Below, piece after piece: positions 1 to 13,299 of a stretch of 64,000 bases of DNA. Origin of the DNA: Lytechinus pictus. Taxonomy: Eukaryota. The translations under genes were made by a program, and so were the position numbers. The notes below the pieces were generated by a model. The model was not told the DNA's origin and ran no database searches. It saw only the letters and a list, made by a program, of their open reading frames with translations. The DNA is taken from assembly GCF_037042905.1 (NCBI RefSeq), contig NC_087258.1:7626001-7690000 (forward strand). Reading direction: 5' to 3'. How positions within the stretch are numbered: the stretch's first letter is position 1; each line of letters begins with the position of its first letter.

Positions 1-92
1 TTGAAACGCTAACCTTTATCTAAGAATTTGATTTCGTCACCCAGACCGTCCACTTATACTTGAGATCCCGGTGATACTACGGCTTTATCTTT

Positions 93-1107
93 AAACAAGT
101 GGAATGCCTCTGGCGGTCTCACCTGCATCACGCGATTCAATATAGCAGCAGTGCTGACTTTGAAAACTACTATAAAATAATTATTCACAAAAAACACCAT
201 TCATATAATGATACAATACTACGTTCATTGATATTCGACCTTGATCATGTGACCTAAAACTTGTCAGTGATACTTGATTACCCCTATATCCACATTTTAT
301 ACACTATATCTATAAACTTTGAAAGTTATGACAGCAATCTAATAATTACCTCTAAAATGGCCAAAGTTCAATGACCTTAAATGACCTTTGACTTTCGACA
401 TGTGACCTAAAATTCGCATTAGATGTTCAGTGATACTTGACGACTCTTATGTCCAAGTTTTATAAACTAGACCAATATACTTACAGAGTTATGACGGTAA
501 TTCAACAAATACCCTCAACATGGCCAATGTCCATTGATCTTTGACCTTGATCATGTGACCTGAAACTCGCACAGGATGTTCAGTGATACTTGATTACTAT
601 TATGTCCAAGTTTCATGAATCAGATCCATAAACTTTCAAAGTTACCATGGTAATTCAACAGATACCCCCAATTTGGCCAAAGTTCATTGACCCTAAATGA
701 CCTTTGACCTTGGTCATGTGATGTGAAACTCATGCAGGATGTTCAGTAATACTTGATTAACCTTATATCCAAGTTTTATGAACTAGGTCTATATATTTTC
801 TAAGTTATGATGACATTTCAAAAACTTAACCTTAGGTTAAGATTTTGATGTTGATTCCCCCAACATGGTCTAAGTTCATTGACCCTAAATGACCTTTGAT
901 CTTAATCATATGACATGAAACTCAGGCAGGACTTTAAGTAGTACTTGATTAATCTTATGGCCAAGTTTCATGAACTAGGTCTATATACTTTTTAAGTTAT
1001 GCTGTCATTTCAAAAACTTAACCTTCGGTACAGATTTGGTGTTGACGCCGCCGCCATCGGAAAAGCGGCGCCTATAGTCTCACTATGCTATGCAGGTGAG
1101 ACAAAAA
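93..1107 (-). mobile_element. Non-autonomous Helentron-like (HINE/DINE-type) repeat with internal ~125-bp tandem units
   Basis: Subterminal inverted repeats GTCTCACCTGCAT (~116-128) / ATGCAGGTGAGAC (~1090-1102), a GCCGCC hairpin near 1045-1072, T-run flanks on the - strand and repeated GACCTTTGACC...CAGTGATACTTGA units. A second, inverted copy lies at ~7010-7870. Confidence 0.65.
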
Positions 1108-1184
1108 CGAGTCCCCCAACGACTGTTGGTTAGTTTGCCCATTGGTTTTCCAATCGTGGCTTTCGACACATCTTTTTCATCTCC

Positions 1185-1353
1185 GATGTTTCTGTCCTTG
1201 GTAGTGTCCTCAAGACATCTGGTCTGATCCTTCTCCTGTTTATCATCTACGACTTCTTCCAGAAAGACAGTCAGTTACCCACCAGGACCAAAGGGTCTAC
1301 CGTTCCTTGGCAGTCTTCTTAGTTTCACCTTCAGCAGGAAGCATCCTCACGAG
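1185..1353 (+). pseudogene. Cytochrome P450 (clan 2-like) pseudogene, first-exon remnant
   Basis: Hydrophobic anchor (GLILLLFIIYDFF) is followed, after a frameshift, by YPPGPKGLPFLGSLLSF...HPHE, the CYP proline-rich hinge. The segment ends at donor GAG|GTAAGT (1353/1354). Confidence 0.8.
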
Positions 1354-1366
1354 GTAAGTCAAACCT

Positions 1367-1596
1367 GGGTCCCGTCTTACAAAGAGTTGCGATTGATCCA
1401 ATCAACCTCAAATAAGCTCTATGGAAATCCATCAGAATCATATTTTTTTGTACCGGACATTATCACAATGTCCTATGTTAACAAAAAGGAAGCACAGGTA
1501 TATCATATTTGGGAAAGATTTCTAGATGTTGGCGTTGCTGGCTTTCTGTAGTTGTAGTTGATCAGATAAATCACAACTCTTTGTAAGATGGGGCCC
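1367..1596. mobile_element. MITE family A (TIR GGGxCCCGTCTTACAAAGAGTT)
   Basis: Terminal inverted repeats; the same family recurs at 26853-27125 and 62433-62703, with a partial duplicate at ~1941-2030. Confidence 0.8.
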
Positions 1597-1612
1597 ATCC
1601 GGAGTAGAATTT

Positions 1613-1942
1613 CCGCCCTTTCACACGGTAAAAAAATCGTAATTTGAATGATGATTCTAGTGAAAAATACGGCTAATGACGAATATTTAGCACGTGTGAA
1701 ACCAAACTAGAACATGATTAGAATCACGAACGCTAATCACAGTCACGATAACAATAGCAATCATTACAATGATGATTCAAGATTCACTTGTGAAAAGGCC
1801 CTTACGATTCGTGATTAGTGTTAGCGTTCGTGATTCTAATCAAGTTCTAGTTTGGTTTCACTTGCTAAATATTCGTCATTGGCCTTATTTTTCAGTGAAA
1901 TCGTCATTCAAATTACGATTTTTTAACCGTGTGAAAGGGCGG
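1613..1942. mobile_element. Palindromic (foldback) MITE
   Basis: CCGCCCTTTCACACGGT...ACCGTGTGAAAGGGCGG, with near-perfect ~130-bp inverted arms. Confidence 0.8.
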
Positions 1943-2285
1943 TATATCATATTTGGGAAACATTTCTAGATGTTGGCGTTGCTTTCTATAGTTGATCAGA
2001 TCAATCGCAACTCTTTGTAAGATGGGGCCCATCCGGAGTAGAATTTCCGCCCTTTCAAATGATAACAAAAATCGTAATTTGAATGATGACTCTACATTAG
2101 CAACATAGAATGTCCAGACGAAATCATTTTTTCAGTTATTTAGTAAGTTATTTTTCCTTCTTTAGACCATACTTTCCAACCAGCTCATACACCTAAATGC
2201 AAATAGAAATGAAGGTAAATAAACAAACGAACATTTTCTTTATTATTATTGGGGTTAACCGTATGTATCTTTACTCCAATTGTAG

Positions 2286-2465
2286 GTCGAAGGGTTTGTC
2301 CAGGACAGCAGTTGGCAAGGACTGAGATATTTCTCTTCCTCACGTATCTTCCCCAGTTTTCCCTTCACCCTGGCCGAAGGCACACCGAAGGATCTACCTA
2401 CTCACTACTTCAGTCTCACCAATCAATCGAAAACCTATAGGACTCACGCGGTTAAAATCGCATAG
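2286..2465 (+). pseudogene. Cytochrome P450 pseudogene, last-exon remnant (heme-ligand Cys)
   Basis: Acceptor TTGTAG| at 2285, then GRRVCPGQQLARTEIFLFLT (C-terminal half of the FxxGxRxCxG heme motif and L-helix). A frameshift precedes FTLAEGTP...KIA*. Confidence 0.85.
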
Positions 2466-4389
2466 GTTATTCATGAATGCCAGAGGCATGTGAAAGATTA
2501 CCTTGTCTTGAATGTGGGTGGGTGTGTTTGTGTTTGTGTGTGCGCGCACTTTGCTCTTACCCATGATGGAAAAAAAAAAACAAGGACGCATGCAAGAACT
2601 TCACATTTATACCGAGGAGACAAAACACAGCTTGGGCGTCCTTGATAAGTGGAGTGTCTCAAATGGTCCCAAATTCATATGCTCTTACTTAGATCTGGAG
2701 GAATACATAAAAAAGAGTTTCCTCTAGTAAAGTTACGTTTTGATCCTCGCTGTACGACATTCCAGGTGACACATAAGTCCTAGCTCGGTTATGAAGTGGC
2801 ATACGTTTCTGAAAAGAAAAAAATAAAATGCCCTTTATTTCCACCATGAACTTTTAGTGAGTGTGTGTGGTGCTTATTATTCATAGATCATATTTACATG
2901 ATGTGTTTATTTTGGTGTAATTCTGTACCGCTTTGAATACTGATGTAAACTCTTGTAGAATTTCGATAAAAATGAATTGTCATTAGCTAAAGAAAAACTG
3001 TTTGTGACAATAGCACTTTATTAATTTAAGAATTGAATTAGACAAGCAACGATTATATTTTTTTAAATGTGAACAGTGATAAGAATTCAGTATTTGAGTA
3101 ACACTGTTCAATATCCTGCCCATCATTCCAATGTTTTAAGTGCATTACGAGTATTGAAGGTCAAACATTCACTCCTAAACACCATCGTTACGCCCAAGAA
3201 TGAGGAGAATTTACAATTACGATGATTATTTATACATTATATATATATATTTTTTTTAACCGCGACGCCTTCAGAATGAACTACCTTTCACCTTTAACGA
3301 GATTCTGTTTATCACAAAACTTCCAATAGATCTGAATTTGATATTTCTGGGCAAACAAAACCGAATATATGACTTTTATCGTTTCAAAATGAGCGAGATG
3401 TTGTTTGCATAAAAGGTAGAGATGTTTGTTTCCTGATATCAATCCACCAAGACTGGCCATGACACCTGAAAAAAAATCTGTTAACGGTCAGTCTCAAATT
3501 TTGAATTTTAAGTCGATCTTCGAAGTCTGTTTATATAGTAAAAATTGATCTCGAAAAGATATAGGGCCTTTTCACACGTGAATCTTGAATCATCATTGTA
3601 ACAATGATTGCAATTCGCCTTTAGAATCATCGGACCATATTCACGCTCACTCGAAAACTGTGATTTGAATTCGAATTCCCGAGCAAAGGCGGAATGTGTC
3701 CAATGGTGGCTTGTTGGAAGTGATACTAAAAATAATCATAAAGAATAATTACGAATGCTAACAATGGCAGCAATAATAGTAAAATAACAATTTAATGATA
3801 GTGCCAACAATAATGGGACCATCCGATTTTATTGGTGCAGTTTGTCTAATTATTGTGTTATTAATCTTATTTAGGACGTTCCTCATGGCGCAGTCAAAAT
3901 TCCCGTACGGCGAGTCGAAAACAGCCATTTTAACATTTTTGTACCAGCAACATAATGGTGGTTTGAATAAAAATGAATAGAAAGGCTGTTTTCGACTCGC
4001 CGTAGGACCGCCGTAGGAGAAATGTGACTGCGGCATTTAAGTGAAGTCGATGTCATTATCAACAAAGTTACCACACAGTTAATTGGTCTGTTTGAATGCA
4101 AAATATCATTGCAAACAATAATAAGACCTTATATGCTTATTAGTTTATTGAAATATTTTAGATAATAACTGCTACAAGTAAATTTCTACTCCTTGCTTAT
4201 TTTCTTCTCTCACAACGTGAACCGGCATCGTTTGTAAAAGATTAATGTGAAAAGCATTATCTGTTCAATTATTCTTTCAATACTCATGTTTTTATTAAAT
4301 AATTTGATATCATGAATAACGCGCTTTTTGGAGTAAAAATCATGTCATTTGTAGAAACATAGTCAAATGTGTCTTTTTTATATGTCCAT

Positions 4390-4658
4390 TTATGTAGCGC
4401 AGTTACAGTGAATATACTCAACTGCGCTTGGATACTTGGTATATTATTATTACCCCGGCTGTAGCTAAGCCGCCATATTAATAGGCGCTAAAGCGTTCAA
4501 GGAATAAATCCTACAGGGTACCCATTCATCACACCTAGGTCGAGCGCAGCACAATTTGGATAAATTTCTTGACAAAGGAATTTACGCCATTGCTGGGATT
4601 CGAACCCACGACCCTTTGTTTAAAAGTCCGGAGAGTAATCCACTGGGCCACAACGCTC
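4390..4658 (-). mobile_element. tRNA-derived SINE
   Basis: B-box GGGTTCGAATCCC on the - strand (~4595-4608). The body (TACCCATT...CACCT..GTCGAG.GCAGCAC) is shared with 22245-22525 and 51345-51550. Confidence 0.75.
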
Positions 4659-7009
4659 TACTGTTGATGGATACGGATGTTTTGCACAATGATATAGGAA
4701 GGAATCGATGCGAGACAGGCAAATTGAAAGAGAAAAAGACAAAGAAAGACATTGCCTGTATGTGTGTGAGGGTGCACACGCGTGTGTATTGGTGCGTGAA
4801 TGTGTGGTGTGCTCGTGGGGAGTATGCAGCAGATATAGATAGATGAGAAGAAATGCTGTTTTTCAATGGATGAATGAATGGAGGGAGAATTAAAGAGAGA
4901 GAGAGGGAGAGAGGCCACAGAAAAGAAGAAAGATCAGGAAGGTAGAGAGAGAGAGAGAGAGAGAGAGTAGACAAGAAGGGGGAAACGAGAGGGAGGGGGA
5001 GAGAGAAAGGGAGAAAAACCTGTGATATTTTCATCACATTTCTTTTTATGTTTTCTGTATTTCTTTTTTAGATTAGCAATCATTCTCACGGGCACTACCA
5101 ATCAACTTGATTGCCATAATAAATTGACTTTAAAGATATCATTTTGCAAACATTTCGCAACTTTCACTGGCGACGTACGGAGTTACGACCAATGATAAAA
5201 TCACTCGTGGTATCATCATGGGAAGCAAACACCACTCGGAGTGGCAATTGAACATCTTCAATACAGATAAGTATGCTATGGAGGTTTCGAGGAGCTCCTT
5301 TTCTGTCTCATCTCCAGTCATTTACTGGTACTGATGATAATGATGAAAACAAAGAATCATTTCCAACACGACACACCATTTTCATGAATGGACATTCATT
5401 AGGGTAAGAAACTCCATCCAAATGGGGTGTCATTGTGATCGCATTTATGTATTTAAAACGTCCACAAAATATTTATCAGTTTTTCTTTATGAGAAACTTC
5501 CAGGCATGGACGGTTGGATACAAAACGAGGTTTCCCGCTATCATAAACTCCTTCAAAATAAGACGTATCTCAGTCTTAAGAAAATTAATAACTGACCAAC
5601 CAGATAGATGGTCAGTGTACATGGTGTAATGTCATAAAACGCTATCTTCTTACACCATTAAACCTCACTAAGTAATTTCCACTCTTCAAACTGAATTCGA
5701 AGGTCTATATATAATTTGAAAGCAATATATCTATTTCAAACAATAAAGTTTACATTTTGATAACGTATAGGTCCAAATATTAAAAAAGTGTGTCCCTGCA
5801 CATATTTCATTACATTCTAATTGTTAAGAATTTGTTACAATTCGCATATTTTTTAAAGTTTATAAAGTTTAAATGAAATGTGCTCCATCACCGCCTAATG
5901 AAAGAAACACTGGATGTTTTAGAGTAAGTTTTCTGCTATAAAAGAAATTTCAGCAATCCTGCACCCTAAATGAAAAAAGGTGCAAAAAATGCACCTTTGT
6001 GAGACTGTTTGCATCTATGAATGACTGTTTGCACCATAAAAGGTGCAAAGGTGAACCTCTTAGGAAGCAATTATTACTGCGTTCAAAATACGTTTAATTT
6101 GCACCTTAAAATTGTGCAATATAAAGCTAGTTACTGAAAAGCTTCTAAGAGTGCGACTCCAAATGCATTTCAAAGGGTGCACAATTGCACCTTCTTTTCT
6201 TAATGTGTACACTTTACATGTTTTATACCTGAAAACCATCAAAGAATTAGTATCAAATAGAATCACAACAAGGTTCTAAAGGAAGAAGAATATGACACCG
6301 CGATCAAAACATATGAACATTTAGAAAATAGATCAAAAAAAAAAAAAAGAGGAAGTAAATACGAAAGGGAAAAGGGAAAATGTAATAAGACAGTCGTGTA
6401 TTAGTTATGGTTGGTAAATGCACTCTCCACAATGACCATAAAATCGAGAAACAAATAAAGTGATATCCACTTCAATTGTCAGTCATTCTTAAAATGATTC
6501 AAATTCAGGAAAAATGTCTACTCGTTAAATAAATTCAAAAATTAGTCAACCTAATAAGAGATAATCTGTTTGAATGACATGTTCAAGGAGTTCCAGATAT
6601 TACCAGTATAAATCGAAATTTAGCAGGTTTCCTTACAAAAGGCTTCAATTTTGTGTAAATGCGTAATTTTCTGTTGGATATCAAATGTCACAATCCCTAC
6701 CAACCCCCTCAATAAGCCCCCAAACAAAAAAAAAGACAAAGGGAAATTTGCGAACAGTTATTTGCAATGTCTTTAGTTAATAAGAGCGACACAGTGCTAA
6801 GTTTCAATAATGAGAGAGAGAGAGAGAGAAAAAAAATTACTCCAATGTTATTCTCCCTTGTAGAAAGGGAATGTATTTTTGTATAGATTTTTTTTTCAAT
6901 GTATACAATTTTATTGATTTAAAGAACACTTTTCCTCTTCTAATGAAGCCTGTTGCTCGGTAGAGGTTTCCTGGCATGCAAATGAGCATCGACGTTTGGC
7001 AATTAACCG

Positions 7010-7870
7010 AAGGTTAAGTTTTTGAAATGACAACATAACTTAGAAAATATATGGACCTAGTTCATGAAACTTGGCCATAAGGTTAATCAAGTATTACTTA
7101 ACATCCTGCCTGAGTTTCATGTCACATGATTAAGGTCAAAGGTCATTTAGGGTCAATGAACTTAGACCATGTTGGGGGGAATCAACATCAAAATCTTAAC
7201 CTAAGGTTAAGTTTTTGAAATGTCATCATAACTTAGAAAATATATAGACCTAGTTCACGAAACTTGAAAATAAGATTAATCAAGTATCACTGAACATCCT
7301 GCACGAGTTTCACATCACATGATTAAGGTCAAAGGTCATTTAGGGTCAATGAACTTTGGCCGAATTAGGGGTATCTGTTGAATTACCATCATAACTTTGA
7401 AAGTTTATGGATCTGATTCATGAAACTTGGACATAATAGTAATCAAGTATCATGCACTGAACATCCTGTGCAAGTTTCAGGTCACATGATTAAGGTCAAA
7501 GGTCATTTAGGGTCAATGAACTTTGGCCAAATTGGGGGTATTTGTTGAATTACCATCATAACTTTGAAAGTATATTGGTCTAGTTCATAAAACTTGGACA
7601 TAAGAGTAATCAAGTATCACTGAACATCCTGTGCTTATTTCAGGTCACATGACCAAGGTCAAAGGTCAATGAACTTTGGCCATAATGGGGGTATCTGTTG
7701 AATTACCATCATAACTTTGAAAGTTTATGGATCTGACTCATGAAACTTGGACATAAGAGTAACCAAGTATCACTAAACATCTTGTGCGGGTTACAGTAGT
7801 TTTCAAAGTCAGCACTGCTATATTGAATCGCGTGATGCAGTTGAGACCGCCAGAGGCATTTCACTTGTTT
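7010..7870 (+). mobile_element. Second copy of the Helentron-like (HINE) repeat, inverted relative to 93-1107
   Basis: Reverse complement of 93-1030, including tandem GGTCAAAGGTCA units and the 3' end ...GAGACCGCCAGAGGCATTTCACTTGTTT. Confidence 0.75.
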
Positions 7871-9704
7871 TTTGTTATTTCCCTCATTTTTAGGTTGCTG
7901 CTTATTTTTAAACAACATGATTTATAACTTCACATTATCTGTACTGGTAATCGGCCGAGAAGGGATAGTGTCGTAACATGAAAAAAAAATATATTTTTGT
8001 TTTAATTTCCCGAGGTATGGAAGGTGGTAGCTCGTCCCGCATGGTCCTATCCCGTCCAGCTCGACCACCCATCCCCTCTACCGAATCTACCCGTTTTTTC
8101 ATTTATCAGGGTTGGCAAATATGTTTATGTTGATCTCAACTTTTCTTTCTCCGTATATTGTGCAAAAGTCTTTCATGTAATATATTATACAAATATATCA
8201 GGCTTTGAGAAAGTATAGTGGGAATTATTTATCCGGGGTTGGACTGGCAATTACTATTTTTCCCGAGGAGCGAAGCCCGAGGATTAATAATTCCCACTAT
8301 GCTTTCCAAAGAAACGCATGATATATTTGTTTTATATCCCTCTTCAACTTTGTGGACCTAGTCCTTGCTGATTTTGAACCAATCTCGACCAAATCTAACG
8401 TTGCCGGAACTAGTCCTAATCTAGGCCTGTCGAGCTAATTGCTGGACAGTTCATGGGTAGGCTGCGCGCGGCTTCTACCCGACTGCACTTTATGAGAGTT
8501 CCGCTGCGCTGCGTTGGCCGTTGCTGCAGTGGCACTCAAAATAGATACGCGCAGTTAAAATGTATGCTCTAAAAATTAGTATCGGATCTTGACTCACCTT
8601 GTTATGTATGTTTATTCCATATTAAAGGATCATGTATGAGTGGCCGTTGGAATTAGATTTTCTGCTTTGTAATCTAGACCAAATTCCACACTGTTTTTCA
8701 GATTGTTGGTACGGTAATTTGGACGAGAGCTTGTATTTTACTTTATTTACTTTTTGCGGATGATCGATATCTGGTGGGTCAAGTCAGGGAGCATGCGCAA
8801 TTCAAAGTTGAGAGAAAATATCGAGCATGAGCATGCGCAGTTCTGCCCATGAAAGTATATCGAAAAATATACGGAGCTACAAGAAAACTATACGGAGCTA
8901 ATTGCAGCGATGTGTTTTCCTATTGAAATTATACTTTGTCACATGATCACGAATTGACCAATCGTTAATCTAGAATACTCATGAATATTCATAAGAGGGA
9001 CATAAATATATATATATATATATATATGGGAAAGTGAATAAAAGAACTTGTTGGTATTGCAAACTTGCATTACTCGTGAATATCATTTGTTTCGCATTTC
9101 TGATGTCTTATGTAATTATATATGTATATATATATATATATATAATATGAAAATATTGATAACAGCGTCATATGAGAGATATATTAACATAGAAATCCAA
9201 AATTATACGTTTAGTAATGCTGATGAAAAATAAAGCCTGCAGATAACAAAATTGTTATAATGAGTAATGTAAATGAAAACATTTCAACAATAATCTAGTA
9301 GATTTTTATAACTTAATATCTACATGATATTGAATACAGAAATATGTTTCATAATTTGAAATCCTAAAGCAAATCAACGTCAGCTTTTACATTGCTCATC
9401 ACGTATTCAATGCATGATTCAAGTTTTGTTATAGAACGTATCGAGAAGGTCCGCGTACTGTTATTACTGATCATGATTATAATTAACAATGATCGTAAAT
9501 CGAGCTTGCCCTGCGGAATACTAATTCTTTGTGATTTGAATAGGTTTTTAATATCTCCCTTCTCTAACATGATTGTAATTCACATTAGCCTTGGAGTTCA
9601 GAGAGAACTGAATAAACCATTATGATCATATAATTGGCCGTACAAAGTCAGCAGCAAGTGCACAAACGATCGCTTCATCTGTGATGTATTCAATTTGTAA
9701 TATG

Positions 9705-9925
9705 ATAACTATAATAATGATGATAATGATAATAATAAAACAAAGAAGATAATAATAGTAATAATAATGATAACAAATAATGATAATAATAGTAACAATT
9801 ATAATACTAATGATGATACTACTACTTCTAATAATACTACTGCTACTGCTACTGCTACTACTACTACTACTTCTATTACTGTAACTACGACTAACTATAA
9901 TGATAATGACAAGGATAATAAAAAA
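9705..9925. repeat. (TAA)n/(CTA)n degenerate microsatellite
   Basis: Read directly. Confidence 0.9.
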
Positions 9926-11413
9926 TAACCATATGTATCATTGAGTACTAAGTATAATGTTCTACACAATGCATAATAATATTTACTGCTGACTAATATT
10001 GGGTTTTCTGAAGTTATAAAATGTATGGTCGAAGCTATCAACCCTTTAAACACCGTCAGTTAGGCCTACTTCGTGAATACCCTCGTCTATCTTTTAAACA
10101 TGCCTTTTTGGTTGCATTGCCTGCTTTTATACCTTCCATGACCTATACCACATTTTATGATACATTAGTTTGAACATTAATCATAGTTTCTTGCGTATTT
10201 GCAATTCCTTTGAAAATTATTAATAGCAAATGCAATAGAAATCTAGGCACCACGGCCGAGAGAATTAAATAAAATACATCTTGGGTCTGGAATCTAAAGA
10301 GCAATTATGACATAAAGGGCCTACACCTTCTAAAATTCATCTCCACGCAAATTGTATTCGAAATCGCGTTAACAAGTTAACTTCTGAATTTTGTAATTGT
10401 CATAGGACTTGTTCAAGTTTAAATTATCCCTGAAGACATCAGGTTAACTTTGAAGTCAATAGCAACAGTGGATTTATCGCCTTAAAAAATGAATTAATCT
10501 TTATATATACAAAATACGCTGGTATACCCTCAGCTGAGAAAAATCCTGCATTCGAACGGTGTGATTTATATCAAGCTGTATAAAGTCAGCTTCCTGATAT
10601 TAATTTGTTCATATCTTACTGGAAATAATGATAAAGAGTATTAAATCTCCAAAGGTACGTCAACGATTGCCCTTGAATACAGCAAAGACCGGAAAGTCAT
10701 AAAGAGCTGAATATTGAGATGAACTTTAAGAAAACTTTTCCATCTCTCTCATGTCCTTAACCTTTATAATGTATGCGATTTATTGGTATCAAGTGGTTGC
10801 CATTTGTCACGTTTTTCCTTTTCTAGACTGAAGCGAAGAGTTTATTCCAAAGGGCGTCAAATAAAAATGTAGGTCCTATATTGCGCGCGCACACAACTTC
10901 AAGAGTGATAAATTGTACACGTTGTATCTTGTCAAACGATTGCTGTGCTTTCACCTTTCAAAAATTAATTATCATAAAATGAACCAAAAAATTCCTTGAA
11001 TTCTAAAGTCGTCAAGAAATAATTCGAATGGGCAACTATTATTCCCTTTTCTTTTATTAAATAACTTGCCATGAATTATGCCTCTTGTTATATCAATCAT
11101 CCATCCTTAAACATGTTAAAACATTTTCAATTTCATTAACGGGTTTTGTGTTTCTTTTTATCAGTGTAGATTTTATTCATCGTCCTAGAACCCCCTAAAT
11201 GATTAATTTTTGCAATCATCTCTGAAAACCACAATGTCTCGTGAAACCTCCTTAATATCATGACAAATGTAATCACTGGTATTGAAAAATTGGAATTAAA
11301 TGTGGAAAGAAAAATATAGGCCTATTTCTGTTTTTCAAAATTACACCAGTGAATCACTTAACGCAAGAGTTGACAACATGGGAATTGTTAGCAACCCTTT
11401 TCAGATCGAAAGA

Positions 11414-11640
11414 AGTCCAGATGCTGGCCCTTCGAGATTTTTTCCCCTCCACTCTCTGCGCACCATCCACTGCACGTTTTCCTCCACACTGCACATACCC
11501 AATGATCGCGCGACCCTCGAATTTATCCCTCTCCCTTCGAGGGTAAATTCGGGAGAGGGGTAAATTCGAGGGTCGCGGGATCACTGGGTATTCGGGAGAG
11601 GGGAGGGGAAAAAAATCTCGAAGGGCCAGCATCTGGACTC
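11414..11640. mobile_element. MITE with ~35-bp TIRs and a 9-bp target-site duplication (Mutator-like)
   Basis: AGTCCAGATGCTGGCCCTTCGAGATTTTTTCCC ... GGGAAAAAAATCTCGAAGGGCCAGCATCTGGACT, flanked by ATCGAAAGA at 11405-11413 and 11641-11649. Confidence 0.8.
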
Positions 11641-13299
11641 ATCGAAAGAAGTAATATAATTGTTACTGTTTTAAAGCCACATCAACCCAACAAAAAGTTC
11701 ATTCAGACAAAGACAGAAAAATCACACAAGCATAACAATGAAAAAAAAATTATCGAGAACAGATCGAAAATAAACTTTACAAAACAAAGTATAAAGAAAA
11801 CAGTGACATGCACCGGGCTGTCAGTTGTATAAGTAAGTATGGGAGGAGTCAATGTTTCACACTCAATTTTCAATAGTATTTTTATTGAATAATACCTGTT
11901 ATTTTCGACTCAAAACTACAGCTAACTTTCTTCTTCTTATTTTTTTTTTTTTTACAGATTTTGGCTAATTGTAATTGTAAGAATACACGTCTGAATAATT
12001 TCACGTCATCTGCTTTTTACATCATTATACTTTTATTGTAAATTGCATGTTTTTAATTATCACTTTAGCTTTAAGATTCCTTCACATGTACTTACTAATT
12101 TATGCCTCTCTTCCGATGTTGTTATGTAAATGAATTGCTATATTTGTTGTGTTGTGCTATGTACATTGTCACAGGGCCCCACGGGAGACCAACACAGTGT
12201 TGAATGGGCTTCCCTGTTTTTAACCAAATAAATAAATTAATTAAACAAATGAATAAATAAATCATCGCTTGGGTAGACGAGTAGCCTGGGCACCGACAAT
12301 ACCTAACTCACTACTATACTGGAGGTAGCCTGAATTTGAGACCTTATATGCTATGCAGTAGATATCAAAACTGTAAGTTATCGAGAGGGAATGGTTGTTT
12401 CAAGTTCATGGACAGAGGTGTCGGCTAAAGCCACTCTTGAACGCAATTTTAGCAGTGATAGATGCAGTTTAACAAGAAATCAAAATCAAAGAAGTAGGGA
12501 TTCTGTCTTTTCACAACCTACGAGCAAGATTGATTTCTAAGGTTTATTAGAGTTTGCTCACTTTCTTTTAGGTCGGCGTGATGGAAACAATATATTACAG
12601 CCCAGCACATCGGGTATAGTGGCGACGGGCACGCATTTGAAATAAGTACCCACTGCCATGACTGCGAAGAATATCAATTTAACAATTCCACTCTGCGTGC
12701 AACCGTGAACGCTCCCAACATTGACAAGATCGAAATATGGGTATAGGAATCAGAGCAGGAGAGATGACGCGACTTTTGTGGAAGTGTGGACGTAGATGTA
12801 CATTAACGCCAAAGCTTCGTCAGGGAGTGAACGGCTTAGTTTGCGAAAGGGTGCATACTCAAACAAAATCTATGTATCTGCGTCACGCGAGTCGTGTAAT
12901 TGTTGCCGTGGCGGAAATAATAACTTGCAATCCGACAAACTGGGAGTATTTGTTAGTGGAGCTTTAGAGTGTGGAATGTGAGGAGATGCAGGTAGTTCAT
13001 CTTGTCAGTTTGCCATCGGTGATTTGTCTAGAACACTTGCTTTCTTTTTTTGCTTTCCTCCTCCAACATTTTGATAAGTCGCAAGCTGTGCATCCAGCAA
13101 CTTATGAACAGTTGAGTTGTTGCATGTCATCTTCGGTCGAGAAAGTAATTCTTTAAAAGTGACATCTTTGAATAAACCCATCAGACGAGAAATGGTCGTA
13201 TAGACGCTGTTGATACAGAACTAATCCGGAAATATTCATGGTTTTGGATAAATTTCCAGGCATATTCTGGTCAGGAGCCTAAACATAACGTTTGCAGAC

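Noticed and set aside
230-1030. CRISPR-like or regularly spaced repeat array
   Set aside because: The units are degenerate tandem repeats inside a eukaryotic interspersed element, with no unique spacers or cas genes.
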